This document shows, piece after piece, positions 1 through 9,790 of a stretch of DNA of 64,000 nt; position 1 is the first letter of the stretch; every line of letters begins with the position of its first letter. Source of the DNA: Alphaproteobacteria bacterium (GTDB lineage: Bacteria > Pseudomonadota > Alphaproteobacteria > CALKHQ01); NCBI GenBank assembly GCA_965227515.1, contig CBDDFZ010000001.1, positions 960,001 to 1,024,000 on the forward strand, in the 5' to 3' direction. The translations under genes and the position numbers were made by a program. Under the pieces are notes generated by a model, which saw nothing but the letters and a program-made list of their open reading frames with translations, made no database searches and was not told where the DNA came from.

Positions 1-220
1 CGCCACGCACGTCAGGCTCGGATACCGGGCGGCCGAAGAAATGGGTCAGGCGGACGAGGGCGGCCAGCAGATAGTCGGCGGCCGCGGCGCCATCCGCCCG
101 CGCGGCACCGGCCTGGCCTTCCGCGCCTTCGGCTTCGGTGTTCGTGGGCTGGCCGTCCTCGGCATCGGGCGTCTCGCGGTCGCCGTCGTATCCCTCAACG
201 TCGGTGGCACTGCTGGTCAA
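1..220 (-). CDS. 5' part of a probable type I secretion system permease/ATPase (LapB/LssB-like, N-terminal C39-like domain); runs off the window edge
   Basis: Not in the ORF track. The minus frame from TTG at 220 reads (M)TSSATDVEGYDGDRETPDAEDG...AADYLLAALVRLTHFFGRPVSEPDVRG, which matches the D-x-LL-xx-L-xx-L-xxxxGRPxS start of LapB-type T1SS ATPases. AGGAAAA lies upstream. Confidence 0.6.
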   Translation of the reverse strand, partial: MTSSATDVEGYDGDRETPDAEDGQPTNTEAEGAEGQAGAARADGAAAADYLLAALVRLTHFFGRPVSEPDVRG

Positions 221-764
221 GGCTGCGTTTTCCTGATGTCTTGCCTGCGCATTCGCCGCGTCGCCCAATCCGCCGCCAAATCCGATGGGCGCGTGCCCTC
301 TACCTGTGATATTGCCGGTGAACCGTCGGCGGCGGAACGGCGACACCATAGAGCATCGGCGGCAGAGGGCATAGCCACAGTCCGCGACCGCTTGCCGGGG
401 CCGCAGCGCGACACAAGACACCGCGATTCCGGCAAGTTTGCGTCAGAGCCCGCGGCCCAACATTTGGTTAACGGACGCGTGCTATTGTGCCTGCCGTCCG
501 CCATTGCTTCTTGCGCGCGTAACGAGCAATGTGCGGGGCCGACGACACGGCAGACCTGTGCCTTGTTTGTCACAAATGGTTACAAAGGGATCGGAAGTCC
601 TGAGATTGTAAGGATTCCAATGGTTAACGCCGCGATTCTACATCGAGAAAGCCCGAATTTCCTTTGATTTTCGCGGGCTTTGCGCGTATATCGAACTGGA
701 ATCGGACGGCGAGATGTTATCCCTCGCGAGCGGTGAAAGTGTTGCAGAAAGGGCGTACAGCGTG

Positions 765-1940
765 ATGCTTCGAAAGGTATTGATGGCGACCGTGGCAACC
801 AGTCTCGTGGCTGGCGCGACGGCATTTGCCGAGACCGGAGACGATGCTTCGGCCGACCCGTTCTACGTGCCGGACCCCGCTGCGCTTGGCCTGCCGGCCG
901 ATGCGCTGCCGGGTAGCGCATTGCCCGAGCCGGTGCTGGCCGACCCGGTGCTGCCGGGCCTGCCGCTGGCAGCCGATCTGCCGCCGGTCCCCGTCGATGT
1001 GATTGAGTCGCTGATCCTGGGCACCCCGGGTGCCTCGCAGGTTCTGGACGACTATGTGCGCGGCACCACCGGCGCACCCGAGGCGGCGTCTGCAACGTCC
1101 GCCGACCGCGCCCTGTCGGTGATCTACGAGCTGCGGAACTACTCCGAAGTCGTGCCGCCGGATCAGTTGCTGGCCGCCGCCGATACCGTGATGGATGTCG
1201 CCAGCCGCTTGGTCTGCCCGGCACAGATCGTCTGCATCGAGGTGCGCGACGACTTCCGGCCGGCGCCGGGTGCGATCGCATTCGATTTCGGCGGTCCCGA
1301 TACGCCGCTGCGCGAGGGCTTTCAGCGCATCACCGCTGCCGACCCGCGCATTTCCGGCCGCAATATTCAGGAGATTACCCGCCCCGGCGGCCACTCCCTG
1401 ATGCATGACGGCCTCTCTGGCGTGGAGAACATCACGGTCGACGTGCCCGCCGGCGAGTACCGGGTGATCTTCGTGACCGATTCCAACGGTACCCGCAACC
1501 TTGAGCGCGCGCCGTTCGGCCAGATTATCTACATCAACGATTTCGACTACAACGTGCCGGTGTCGGAGCCGTCGCTGTGGCCGTACATCGTTTGGTTCGG
1601 CCCGCGTAACCCGTCGAATTCGCACACCGGTGGTGCGCTTCAGGTCCGCGCCGATGCGCCGACCGGTCAGATGGACATCACCATGAGCTTTGCCTCAGCT
1701 GCAGGCGGACCGGACGGGGATGATTGGGATACCTATATCACCGCGTTGGTGCTGGAAGACGTGAACATGCCGACCGACCTCGGCGCCACCCAGGAAGCGA
1801 CCACCCAGCTGGTGCCGCCGGAGCAGTGCCTGTTCCTGGACGTGCTGGTGGCCGATCTGCTGCAGGGCTTGGCCCCGGCGGCGGGCACGCCTGACGACTG
1901 CAACGTGCCGAGCCCGAATTCGCCGGACTGCCTGCAGTAG
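765..1940 (+). CDS. Sec-exported protein with a Pro-rich linker, a galactose-binding-like beta-sandwich domain and a C-terminal PAAG + C-x9-C tail
   Basis: Signal peptide MLRKVLMATVATSLVAGATAFA; AFDFG..GF..IT and VDVPAGEYRV motifs resemble carbohydrate-binding-like domains; strong GC3 bias; followed by a terminator. Confidence 0.7.
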   Translation: MLRKVLMATVATSLVAGATAFAETGDDASADPFYVPDPAALGLPADALPGSALPEPVLADPVLPGLPLAADLPPVPVDVIESLILGTPGASQVLDDYVRGTTGAPEAASATSADRALSVIYELRNYSEVVPPDQLLAAADTVMDVASRLVCPAQIVCIEVRDDFRPAPGAIAFDFGGPDTPLREGFQRITAADPRISGRNIQEITRPGGHSLMHDGLSGVENITVDVPAGEYRVIFVTDSNGTRNLERAPFGQIIYINDFDYNVPVSEPSLWPYIVWFGPRNPSNSHTGGALQVRADAPTGQMDITMSFASAAGGPDGDDWDTYITALVLEDVNMPTDLGATQEATTQLVPPEQCLFLDVLVADLLQGLAPAAGTPDDCNVPSPNSPDCLQ

Positions 1941-1980
1941 GCTGGTCTGGGCCATTCGGCCCTCAGGTTCGATATGACAT

Positions 1981-2014
1981 CGGGGCTCGCTGCGGCGGGC
2001 CCCGTTTCATTTTG
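1981..2014 (+). terminator. Intrinsic terminator between convergent genes
   Basis: CGGGGCTCGC-TGCG-GCGGGCCCCG hairpin followed by TTTCATTTT. Confidence 0.7.
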
Positions 2015-2069
2015 GCGGTTGGCCGCCTTAGAATTTGGTCTGTTGCGAGACGTGACCGGTTAGCGGCTA

Positions 2070-3701
2070 TCAGGTGCGCCAGAAGCGCTCCTCCGCCGCG
2101 AGCTTGCGATACGCCTTGGCGGCATCGTCGCGCACCGAGTCCAGCTTGACGGCAATCCGCCCGGTGATCAGGCCGCTGGCGCGTGCCAGAGCCACGGCCT
2201 CGCCCGGCAGCCCGTTGCGCTCCACGAAGGTCAGCAGCGTGTGCGCCACCACGGCGTCGTTCAGCCAGCCAAGGGCATCTTGCAGACGCCGCAGGCGTTT
2301 CAGCACCCTGGCCGTCTTGCCGCGGCCGTAGAGCTGGGCGAAGAACTCGGCGGCGTAGCGCAACTGCTTCACCCGGATGCGCAACTCGTGCATGTCGTCG
2401 AGGCTGATCTCGTCGAGACGGTCGCCCAGCGCGCGCACGGCCTTGTCGCGTTTGGCCAGCACCTTGCACGCCAGCTTGCCGAGCGGCTTCTGGCTCCTGT
2501 CGACCGGCCCGGCACCCATTTGCCGGCCGGCGTTCCAGGCACCGACGCGCAACCACAGGCGCGCGAAGGTGGGGCTTTCCAGGTGCGCGGCAACCGCCTC
2601 GTGCGCGCTTTCGCGCAGCGCCTGCACCCGGCGCGCCAGCACCTGCAGGCTGTTCTCGGTGGGGTGGGCGGCGACGATGGGCGGCAGCGTCTCGGTCGCG
2701 AACACGTCCAGGTCGCGGGCATGGCCCAGGATGGCGGCGGTGCGCTTGACCTCGCGCTTGAGCTCGCTGCGCTCCTCGCGTGTCGTCACGGTGTTGAACA
2801 TGGTCAGCGCGGCCCGGAACCGGCGCAGCGCCACCCGCATCTGGTGCACGCCCTCCACCACATCGCTGCCAGCCAGGATGCTCGGCACGTTGGCGACCGC
2901 CTGTTCCGCGCAGCCGGCAATAACCGAACTCAGCGCTTCGTTCACCGGCATCTGCGGCGTCAGCGCCGCCGCAGCGGCCGAGACCGACTTCTGGCGCAGG
3001 TCGTGCACCAGCATGTAGCCGCGCACGCCCTTGCTGTGCGGGACCAGCCTGAGCGCGTGGCGCTCCGACAGCGACAGCGCCAGGTCGTAGATGCCCTTGG
3101 TGTCGCCCGAGACCAGCTCCAGCTCGATCTCGGAGACTGCGGTCTCCCGGTCGCCGGCCCGGATGGTGCCCTGGTCGATCGCCAGGTCGACCACACTGCC
3201 GTCCGGCAGCGCCAGCCGCCGGGACGTACGCTGGATGTCGGTCTCGAACACCTGGCGCAACAGGCCGCGCGCGGCCGCCCGGCCCAGCGCCTCGGCAAAC
3301 GGACCCGGCGCGCGCACCGGCCATTCCGGGGAGGCGCTGTCGACAGCCCATTCCAGCTCGTCGCGCACCGCCATGCCCGCCCGGGTGCGCCGCCCCTGCT
3401 TGATGCCCTGGATGTACTTCCGGCCGATGCGGCGGACCCGCAGGACCAGGTCGTTGCGAAACAGATCCAGGGTGTCGTTGTCGTAGTAGGTGCTGACCAG
3501 CCGCTTGGTCTTGGCGCGGTCGATTGCCAGCGCGCGCACCTGAGGGTCGTTGCGCAGTGCGGCCATCGCCTCCGGCGCGACCGCCAATGCCAGCTCGATT
3601 TCCTGCACAACGTCGGCGGCTGCCGGGGTTTTTGCGGAGGCCCGGTCCGATTTCGCGGATGCGGTCGGGGTGGAGTCCGGTCCGGCGCCGCGAGCCGCCA
3701 T
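2070..3701 (-). CDS. CYTH and CHAD domain protein (inorganic triphosphatase YgiF-like)
   Basis: EIELAL, STYYD, LRVRR and EIELEL CYTH motifs; VHQMRVALRR, RDLDV, HELRIRVKQLRY and LQDALGWLND CHAD motifs. Confidence 0.93.
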   Translation of the reverse strand: MAARGAGPDSTPTASAKSDRASAKTPAAADVVQEIELALAVAPEAMAALRNDPQVRALAIDRAKTKRLVSTYYDNDTLDLFRNDLVLRVRRIGRKYIQGIKQGRRTRAGMAVRDELEWAVDSASPEWPVRAPGPFAEALGRAAARGLLRQVFETDIQRTSRRLALPDGSVVDLAIDQGTIRAGDRETAVSEIELELVSGDTKGIYDLALSLSERHALRLVPHSKGVRGYMLVHDLRQKSVSAAAAALTPQMPVNEALSSVIAGCAEQAVANVPSILAGSDVVEGVHQMRVALRRFRAALTMFNTVTTREERSELKREVKRTAAILGHARDLDVFATETLPPIVAAHPTENSLQVLARRVQALRESAHEAVAAHLESPTFARLWLRVGAWNAGRQMGAGPVDRSQKPLGKLACKVLAKRDKAVRALGDRLDEISLDDMHELRIRVKQLRYAAEFFAQLYGRGKTARVLKRLRRLQDALGWLNDAVVAHTLLTFVERNGLPGEAVALARASGLITGRIAVKLDSVRDDAAKAYRKLAAEERFWRT

Positions 3702-3704
3702 CGG

Positions 3705-4232
3705 CTACACCAGCGCCTTCGGGAAGGTGTAGTCGACAAGCTCCATGTTCGACGGCTCCACGTTGGCCCAGCCGCCCTTGTGGCGATAGACCGCCAGGGC
3801 GCATGTCGGGAACGAGTCCTTGACCGCGCTGCCCGCTGTGGCATCGCCGTTTTCGGCCAGCATGACGGCCAGTTCCTGCAAGCCCGGGTTGTGGGCCACC
3901 AGCATCAGCGTGCGGACATCGGCGTCCTGCGCACGGATCACCGCCAGGCATGGCTTCGGTGCGGCCATATAGAGCTTGCGCTCCACCGCCACAGTCACGT
4001 CTTTTGCCCCGTCGCCCAATGCCGTGAGGAGGCGGGTGACGGTGTCCTGCGCGCGGGTCGCGCTGGAGGCCACGATGACGTCGGGGACCAGCTTCTTCTG
4101 AGCCAGATACGCGCCCATCAGCATCGCCGCCCGTTCTCCACGCTCATTGAGCGTGCGGTCATGGTCGGCAGATGAGCCTGACTTCCAGTCCGACTTGGCG
4201 TGACGTAAGAGAAGCAGCGTTCTCTCCGTCAT
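3705..4232 (-). CDS. sixA: Phosphohistidine phosphatase SixA family
   Basis: LLRHAKS, DHDRTLNERG, SSATRAQDT and VAHNPG motifs. Confidence 0.9.
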   Translation of the reverse strand: MTERTLLLLRHAKSDWKSGSSADHDRTLNERGERAAMLMGAYLAQKKLVPDVIVASSATRAQDTVTRLLTALGDGAKDVTVAVERKLYMAAPKPCLAVIRAQDADVRTLMLVAHNPGLQELAVMLAENGDATAGSAVKDSFPTCALAVYRHKGGWANVEPSNMELVDYTFPKALV

Positions 4233-4345
4233 GTCCTCCTCAAATGTTGCGGTTTTATGACAGTGCGTCCCGAATTAGGCAGGTTCTCGGATACTAGCGC
4301 AATGAGCCAAATTGTCTCTGCCTACGCGCGTTTTGCCGGCGGAAT

Positions 4346-5725
4346 TTGTTCGTGACGCCGACGAGGACTGGTAACGCGGGGCCGCGCCGCGTCCTGCGGC
4401 TGGCATTGCCGGTCATCGTCTCCAACGTCACCGTGCCGCTGATCGGCCTGGTCGACACCGCGGTGATGGGCCACATGCCGGACCCGGCCTATATCGGCGG
4501 GGTGGCGCTGGGTGGGCTGCTCTTCAATTTCGTCTTTTGGAGCTTCGGCTTCCTGCGCATGGGCACCACCGGGCTGACCGCGCAGGCTTTCGGCAGGCTC
4601 GACTCGGCACGGCCAGCCGACGCGGAATTGGAGCTGCGGGCGTTGCTGCTGCGCGCGCTGCTGCTGGCGTGCGCTTGCGGGCTCATCATCGTCGCCTTGC
4701 AATGGCCGATCGCGGCGGTCGCGTTCGCGATCATGGACGGCAGCGCTGCGGTGGAAGACCTGGGCACCATCTATGTGGCGGTCCGCATCTGGGGCGCGCC
4801 GGTCACGCTGGCCAGCTATGCCGCGCTGGGCTGGCTGTTCGGCACCCAGTCGGTCAAGTTGGCGGTGGCGACCCAGATCGTCACCAACCTGCTAAACGTG
4901 GCGCTCAGCCTGCTGTTCGTCCTGGTCTTCGGCTGGGGTGTGGCGGGCGTTGCCGCCGGCACCGTGGTGGCCGAGGTGCTGGGCCTGGCCTTTGCCGTGG
5001 TGCTGGTGCGACGGCGGCTGGCCGAGCTGACCGGCGCACCGTCGCTGCGGGTGCCGCGCCATGTCGTGCTCGACCGCAAGGCGCTGGTGCGGCTGGCGTC
5101 GATCAACGCCGACATCTTCGTGCGCACGCTCTGCCTGGTGTTTGCGTTCGCCTGGTTCACCGACCGCAGCGCCGGCATGGGCGACGTCTTGCTTGCCGTC
5201 AACGCGGCGCTGCAACAGCTGGTTCAGTTCATGGCCTACGCGCTCGACGGCTTCGCGTTCGCGGCCGAGGCGCTGGTCGGGCAGGCCGTCGGCGGCGGGC
5301 GCCGCGCCGATCTGCTTGCCGCCATCCGGACCACGACGCTGATGGCTGCCGTGGTCGCCGCCGGCTTCGCGCTCGCCTATCTGGCGCTTGGCGGTGTCTT
5401 CGTCGATCTCCTGACCGACATCGCGCCGGTGCGCGCCACGGCGCGGGACTATCTGGTCTGGGTGGCGGTGCTGCCGATCCTGGGGGTGTGGAGCTACCAG
5501 CTCGACGGCATCTTCATCGGCGCGACCATGGGCCGGGAGATGCGCAACGCCATGCTGGCGACCCTGGCGGTCTACCTAGCGTTCGGCTACTGGGCGATAT
5601 CGGTTTGGGACAATCACGGCCTGTGGGCGGCGCTGGCCGTGCTGATGGTGGTGCGTGCGGTGACGCTGGCGGCCTATCTGCCACGCGTCCTGCGCGCCGC
5701 GGATGCCGGGGCAAAGACGACTTAG
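4346..5725 (+). CDS. MATE family efflux transporter (DinF-like); start may be GTG at 4352
   Basis: LALPVIVSNVTVPLIGLVDTAVMGH, FLRMGTTGLTAQA and YQLDGIFIGAT; about 12 hydrophobic segments. Confidence 0.93.
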   Translation: MFVTPTRTGNAGPRRVLRLALPVIVSNVTVPLIGLVDTAVMGHMPDPAYIGGVALGGLLFNFVFWSFGFLRMGTTGLTAQAFGRLDSARPADAELELRALLLRALLLACACGLIIVALQWPIAAVAFAIMDGSAAVEDLGTIYVAVRIWGAPVTLASYAALGWLFGTQSVKLAVATQIVTNLLNVALSLLFVLVFGWGVAGVAAGTVVAEVLGLAFAVVLVRRRLAELTGAPSLRVPRHVVLDRKALVRLASINADIFVRTLCLVFAFAWFTDRSAGMGDVLLAVNAALQQLVQFMAYALDGFAFAAEALVGQAVGGGRRADLLAAIRTTTLMAAVVAAGFALAYLALGGVFVDLLTDIAPVRATARDYLVWVAVLPILGVWSYQLDGIFIGATMGREMRNAMLATLAVYLAFGYWAISVWDNHGLWAALAVLMVVRAVTLAAYLPRVLRAADAGAKTT

Positions 5726-5835
5726 CTAGGGGATCGCTGGCATTGCATGCGGCGAGGCGGAGGGCGGTTGCGAGACGCAGTGTCCGCCGGCGACACCCGG
5801 CCGCCGGCGGTATCTACGGTCCAGGGGAGCGAGTT

Positions 5836-6357
5836 TCAGATCCAGATCTCGATGCCGGAGTCGAAGCCGCCGTTGGTGACCTCAGAATCGGCGAGGGTGC
5901 TGATGCGGTAGTTGAGCTCGATCTCCTCGAGGCGGTCGGGATCGGACTCGCCGTAGTCCGGGGGGCCGTCCTTGATGAAGCCCTGCTCCTTCAACGCTTT
6001 GACGATGTCATTCTCGTCATCGGAGGCCGGGGGGTCTTTCGGGTCGCCATCCTGGAAATTGATCTCTTCGCCTGCCATGAACACCTCGGTGGTCTCGGCA
6101 GCCGAGCCGGCCGTGGTGGTAGTCGAGCCCAAGCTTTCGCCGAGCAGGTCAACGATCTGCTCGGCTTTGCCATTGCTCAGGTTGAGGATGTCGCTGAGCA
6201 AGTCGTCCTGTGCATTTGTGCCGGGGTTTCCATTGGTGCCGGTGAAGGAACCGAGGCCGGACGTGCCTGTCGAGACAATGCGGTTGGCGAGCTGATCGAT
6301 ATGCTGCTGGTCGATAATGTCGGTGTCTGATTCTTGAGTGACGAAGATCTGCGGCAT
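5836..6357 (-). CDS. Hypothetical acidic, Cys-free protein (173 aa)
   Basis: GGAGA RBS before the ATG; coding-like codon bias; no recognisable motif or signal peptide. Confidence 0.7.
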   Translation of the reverse strand: MPQIFVTQESDTDIIDQQHIDQLANRIVSTGTSGLGSFTGTNGNPGTNAQDDLLSDILNLSNGKAEQIVDLLGESLGSTTTTAGSAAETTEVFMAGEEINFQDGDPKDPPASDDENDIVKALKEQGFIKDGPPDYGESDPDRLEEIELNYRISTLADSEVTNGGFDSGIEIWI

Positions 6358-6431
6358 GATGTTTCTCCCAACTTTCTGTGTGATCAGTGAAGGGAGTTAC
6401 GCGGCAGCTCCGATTCTGGATGCAGGCGGGG

Positions 6432-6477
6432 CGTGACGGGGGTCACACGGGCGCGTGTAGCGGTGACGACCGTCACA
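6432..6477. promoter_or_regulatory. Two CRP/FNR-family-like boxes (xGTGA-N6-TCACA) upstream of the 173-aa gene
   Basis: CGTGA-CGGGGG-TCACA at 6432-6447 and GGTGA-CGACCG-TCACA at 6462-6477, 30 bp apart. Confidence 0.5.
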
Positions 6478-6540
6478 ACATGGCTGCGAGAACTGGCTCG
6501 CGAGCGTACGGTCTGCGCCCGATGCCCTAATCCCGATGCC

Positions 6541-7293
6541 CTAATACAGATGCTGGCCGCCGGTGACGAACACCTCGGTGCCGGTGACATAGCCGAAGTC
6601 GGGCGTGCAGAGCTGGAACACGGTCGCCGCCACCTCCTCCGGCGTGCCCATGCGGCGCAGCGGGATGGTCGGGATCAGCGACTCATACTCCGGGCCGATC
6701 ATCTCGGTCGCGATCTCGCCCGGCGCCACCGCATTCACCCGCACGCCAAGCTCGGCGAACTCCACCGCCATCTCGCGGGTCAGCGCCGACAGTGCCGCCT
6801 TCGACGTGCTGTAGGCCGAGCCGGCGAACGGGTGGATCGAGTGGCCGGCGATGGAGGTGATGTTGACGATGGCGCTGCTGGCGCCCTTCGCCCCCTTGGC
6901 CAGCGCCGCGCCGAAGCCGCGCGCGAGTTGCAGCGGGGTGAAGAAGTTGAGCTCGAACACCTGCCGCCACGCCGCGACATCGCCGTTCAGGCAGCCCAGC
7001 CGCTCCTTGAACGGGGTCTTCGGCGAAACGGCGGCGTTGTTGACCAGCCCCTGCAGCGGCCGGCCGTCCAGCTTCTCCAGCGCCCATTCGATGAAGGCGG
7101 CCACGTCCTCGGCATCGAACAGGTCGGTCGCCCGGTGGTCGGTCCAGTTGGGATCGCGCAGGCAGTGCTCGGGCACGTCCTCGCGCGAGCAGGTCAGGAT
7201 GCGCCAGCCCTCGTCCGAGAACCGCTTGACGGTCGCATGCCCGATGCCCCGGCTGGCGCCGGTCAGGATCATCGTATTGCGATCTTCGTCCAT
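6541..7293 (-). CDS. SDR family oxidoreductase, FixR-like
   Basis: TGASRGIG, VNNAAVSPK, HPFAGSAYSTSKAAL (YxxxK) and terminal GGQHLY, as recalled for Bradyrhizobium FixR. Confidence 0.9.
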   Translation of the reverse strand: MDEDRNTMILTGASRGIGHATVKRFSDEGWRILTCSREDVPEHCLRDPNWTDHRATDLFDAEDVAAFIEWALEKLDGRPLQGLVNNAAVSPKTPFKERLGCLNGDVAAWRQVFELNFFTPLQLARGFGAALAKGAKGASSAIVNITSIAGHSIHPFAGSAYSTSKAALSALTREMAVEFAELGVRVNAVAPGEIATEMIGPEYESLIPTIPLRRMGTPEEVAATVFQLCTPDFGYVTGTEVFVTGGQHLY

Positions 7294-7346
7294 GGTGTGC
7301 CGTGCTCCCCGGCGTGTGGGTTTTACCGAGGCGAATGCCCCGAGAC

Positions 7347-8909
7347 CTATGTGCTGCCCGCGCGCGCTTTGTCCAGTTCGATCTTCAAATCGTCATGCAG
7401 GGCCTGCAATGGTCGCGCCGCGTCCATCGTCAGCCAGGTCATCTCGCCGGGGTCGTTGCGCAACTGGCGGCGGACCACGGCGGCGTCGGCGTCCGATGCA
7501 TCGGGATTGGCGGTGTCGCCGGCGCGCGCGGTCACCCGGGCGACCAGCACGTCCTCGTCGGCGTCCAGCCAGACGCCCAGGAACGGCACGTCGAGGTCGC
7601 GGGCCACGGTCTCCGCCCGCTCCCGGCCGTCCAGGCGGTCGAAGGTGGCATCCAGCACCACAGAGCGGCCCTGGGCCAACACATTGGCGGCGGTGTCGTA
7701 GAGCAGGCCATAGACCCGCGCGCTGACGTCGGACGCATACGCCTCGTCGGGCGCGGGCTCCTCCGGCGCCAGGCCCAGCAGGCGCTTGCGCTCCACGTCG
7801 CTGCGCACGACCACCGCACCCGGCGAGCGGCCGATATCCGGAGCGGCCACGCTGGCCAGCGAGGACTTGCCGCTGCCGGAGCGCCCGCCGATGGCGACCA
7901 GCATCGGTGGGTCCGGCGCCAGATAGTCGATGGCGATGTCGAGATAGGCGTTCACGGTGGCGCGGGCGTGGTCCATGTCGGTGTCGCCGCCGACGCGGGC
8001 GTTGAGTGCGGAGACCTTGGCCCGCACCGCGGCGCGGCAGGACAGGAACAACGGCAGCGCCGCCAGCCCGCCGCGCTCGTCGACCCGGTCGAGATAGCGG
8101 TTCAGCACGGCGTTGGCCTGGGCATCCATGTCGCGGTGGTGCAGGTCCATCAACAGGAAGGCCAGGTCGTACAGCACGTCGGTGCAGGCGATGTCCTCGC
8201 TGAACTCGATGCAGTCGAACAGGGTCGGCTGACCATCGACCACCACCACGTTGCGCAGGTGCAGGTCGCCATGGCAGTAGCGCACCCGGCCGGCGGCGCG
8301 GCGGGCGTCGAGCAGCCCCGCCACCCGCGCCAGATGCTCGTGCGACGCCTTGGCCAGCGCCTCCACCTTGCCGCTGTCGCACAGGTCGGCCATCTCGCGG
8401 AACTCGTCGATATTGTCGTCGACGATCCAGCGCATGGCGTCGGCGCCGCCCTTGTCGGTGCGGACCTCGGCCGCGCCATGGAACGCGGCGATGGCGTCGG
8501 CAAGGTGGCGCACCAGGGCCGGCGACAGGTCGCCGCGCGCCGCCATCCGGTCGAGCAGGCAGTCCTGGTCGAACCGCGCCATCTCCACCAGCCAGTCGAC
8601 CGGCGCGCCTGCGCCATCCACGGCAAGGCCGCCGTCCGCCGCGCGGGTCACCGGCATCGCACGGCGGTAGATATCCGGCGCGGTCCGGCTGTTCAGCCGC
8701 ACCTCCGCCTCGCAGGCGATCCGGCGCAGGTCGGCCGTGCTCAGGTCCATGAACGGGAACTTGACCGCCCGCTTCAGTTTCCAGGCGTGGTCGCCGGCCA
8801 GCACGACGATGGCGCCGTGGGTGTCGATCCGTTCCACCTCGGCGCCGCCATGGCTCGCCGGGTCGGTGATCAGCCGGATGACGTCATCCTGGTCGGCGTT
8901 GCCGGTCAT
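7347..8909 (-). CDS. Bifunctional aminoglycoside-phosphotransferase-like / AAA_33 kinase protein
   Basis: THGA..WKLKRAV, EVRLN, CHGDLHLRN, FDCIEF, Walker A GRSGSGKS, RSDVERK and SDAD; start moved to MTGNADQ. Confidence 0.9.
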   Translation of the reverse strand: MTGNADQDDVIRLITDPASHGGAEVERIDTHGAIVVLAGDHAWKLKRAVKFPFMDLSTADLRRIACEAEVRLNSRTAPDIYRRAMPVTRAADGGLAVDGAGAPVDWLVEMARFDQDCLLDRMAARGDLSPALVRHLADAIAAFHGAAEVRTDKGGADAMRWIVDDNIDEFREMADLCDSGKVEALAKASHEHLARVAGLLDARRAAGRVRYCHGDLHLRNVVVVDGQPTLFDCIEFSEDIACTDVLYDLAFLLMDLHHRDMDAQANAVLNRYLDRVDERGGLAALPLFLSCRAAVRAKVSALNARVGGDTDMDHARATVNAYLDIAIDYLAPDPPMLVAIGGRSGSGKSSLASVAAPDIGRSPGAVVVRSDVERKRLLGLAPEEPAPDEAYASDVSARVYGLLYDTAANVLAQGRSVVLDATFDRLDGRERAETVARDLDVPFLGVWLDADEDVLVARVTARAGDTANPDASDADAAVVRRQLRNDPGEMTWLTMDAARPLQALHDDLKIELDKARAGST

Positions 8910-8931
8910 GCGCGGTGCTCTTGGGCGAAAT

Positions 8932-9576
8932 TCAGGGGTAGAGGCTCTCGGTCGTCCAGCCTTCCCCATCGGCGCCGTTATCGCCACCGGCCCGGCGGTG
9001 GAAGACGATGCGCTCATGCAGCCGGAAGGGGCGCTGCCGCCAGAACTCGATCCGCTGCGGATCGACCCGGAAGCCGGACCAATAGGGCGGCCTGGGAATG
9101 TCGCCGATGGCATAGCGCGCGGCGTACTTGGCGACCGCCCGCTCCAGCTCCCAGCGGCCCTCCAGCGGGCGCGACTGCTGCGAGGCCCAGGCGCCGATGC
9201 GGCTGTCGCGGGGCCGGCTGGCGAAATAGGCGTCGGCCTCGGCGTCGTCCACCGGCCGGGCCGCGCCCTCGATGCGCACCGCGCGGTCCAGCGACTTCCA
9301 ATGGAAGCACAGGGCGCAATGGGCGTTCGCCAGCAGCTGCGCGCCCTTGCGGCTTTCGAAGTTGGTGTAGAACACGAAGCCGGCGGTGTCGTGGCCCTTC
9401 AGCAGCACCATGCGCGCTGACGGACGCCCCTGCGGGTCCACCGTCGCCAGGCACATGGCGTTGGCGTCCTTCGGCTCCGATTTCCACGCCTCCGCCAGCC
9501 ACTCTGTGAATTGGTCGAACGGCTCACTATATGGAACTTCAGGGGCGTTGATGGTGTTGTCCGTTGTGTTGCGCAT
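8932..9576 (-). CDS. pdxH: Pyridoxamine 5'-phosphate oxidase
   Basis: [47 protein letters not shown] and LYP. Confidence 0.97.
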   Translation of the reverse strand: MRNTTDNTINAPEVPYSEPFDQFTEWLAEAWKSEPKDANAMCLATVDPQGRPSARMVLLKGHDTAGFVFYTNFESRKGAQLLANAHCALCFHWKSLDRAVRIEGAARPVDDAEADAYFASRPRDSRIGAWASQQSRPLEGRWELERAVAKYAARYAIGDIPRPPYWSGFRVDPQRIEFWRQRPFRLHERIVFHRRAGGDNGADGEGWTTESLYP

Positions 9577-9790
9577 GGCAATACGGTCTCCAGCCGCAAT
9601 CAGTCGGCTTTCGCCAAGGCTTCGGTTGAGGGGAAAACCGATCGGTCGCAGCTATAGCACGACGGGCGCGGCGGATGGGTCTGTTTATCGGGTCCGAAAG
9701 CCGCACGGCACCAGGCAACGTAGGGATTGCCGCATCGCAAGAATACCCATCAACCGCCCAGACAAGGGCTAGCCAGAGAGGCTCAAGAAA

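Noticed and set aside
41-667. 208-aa plus-strand ORF and 118-aa minus-strand ORF (217-573)
   Set aside because: No motifs; the first overlaps the minus-strand T1SS-like reading frame and the divergent promoter region.
2070-4232. sixA + CYTH/CHAD pair as a novel module
   Set aside because: A common polyphosphate-associated gene pairing.
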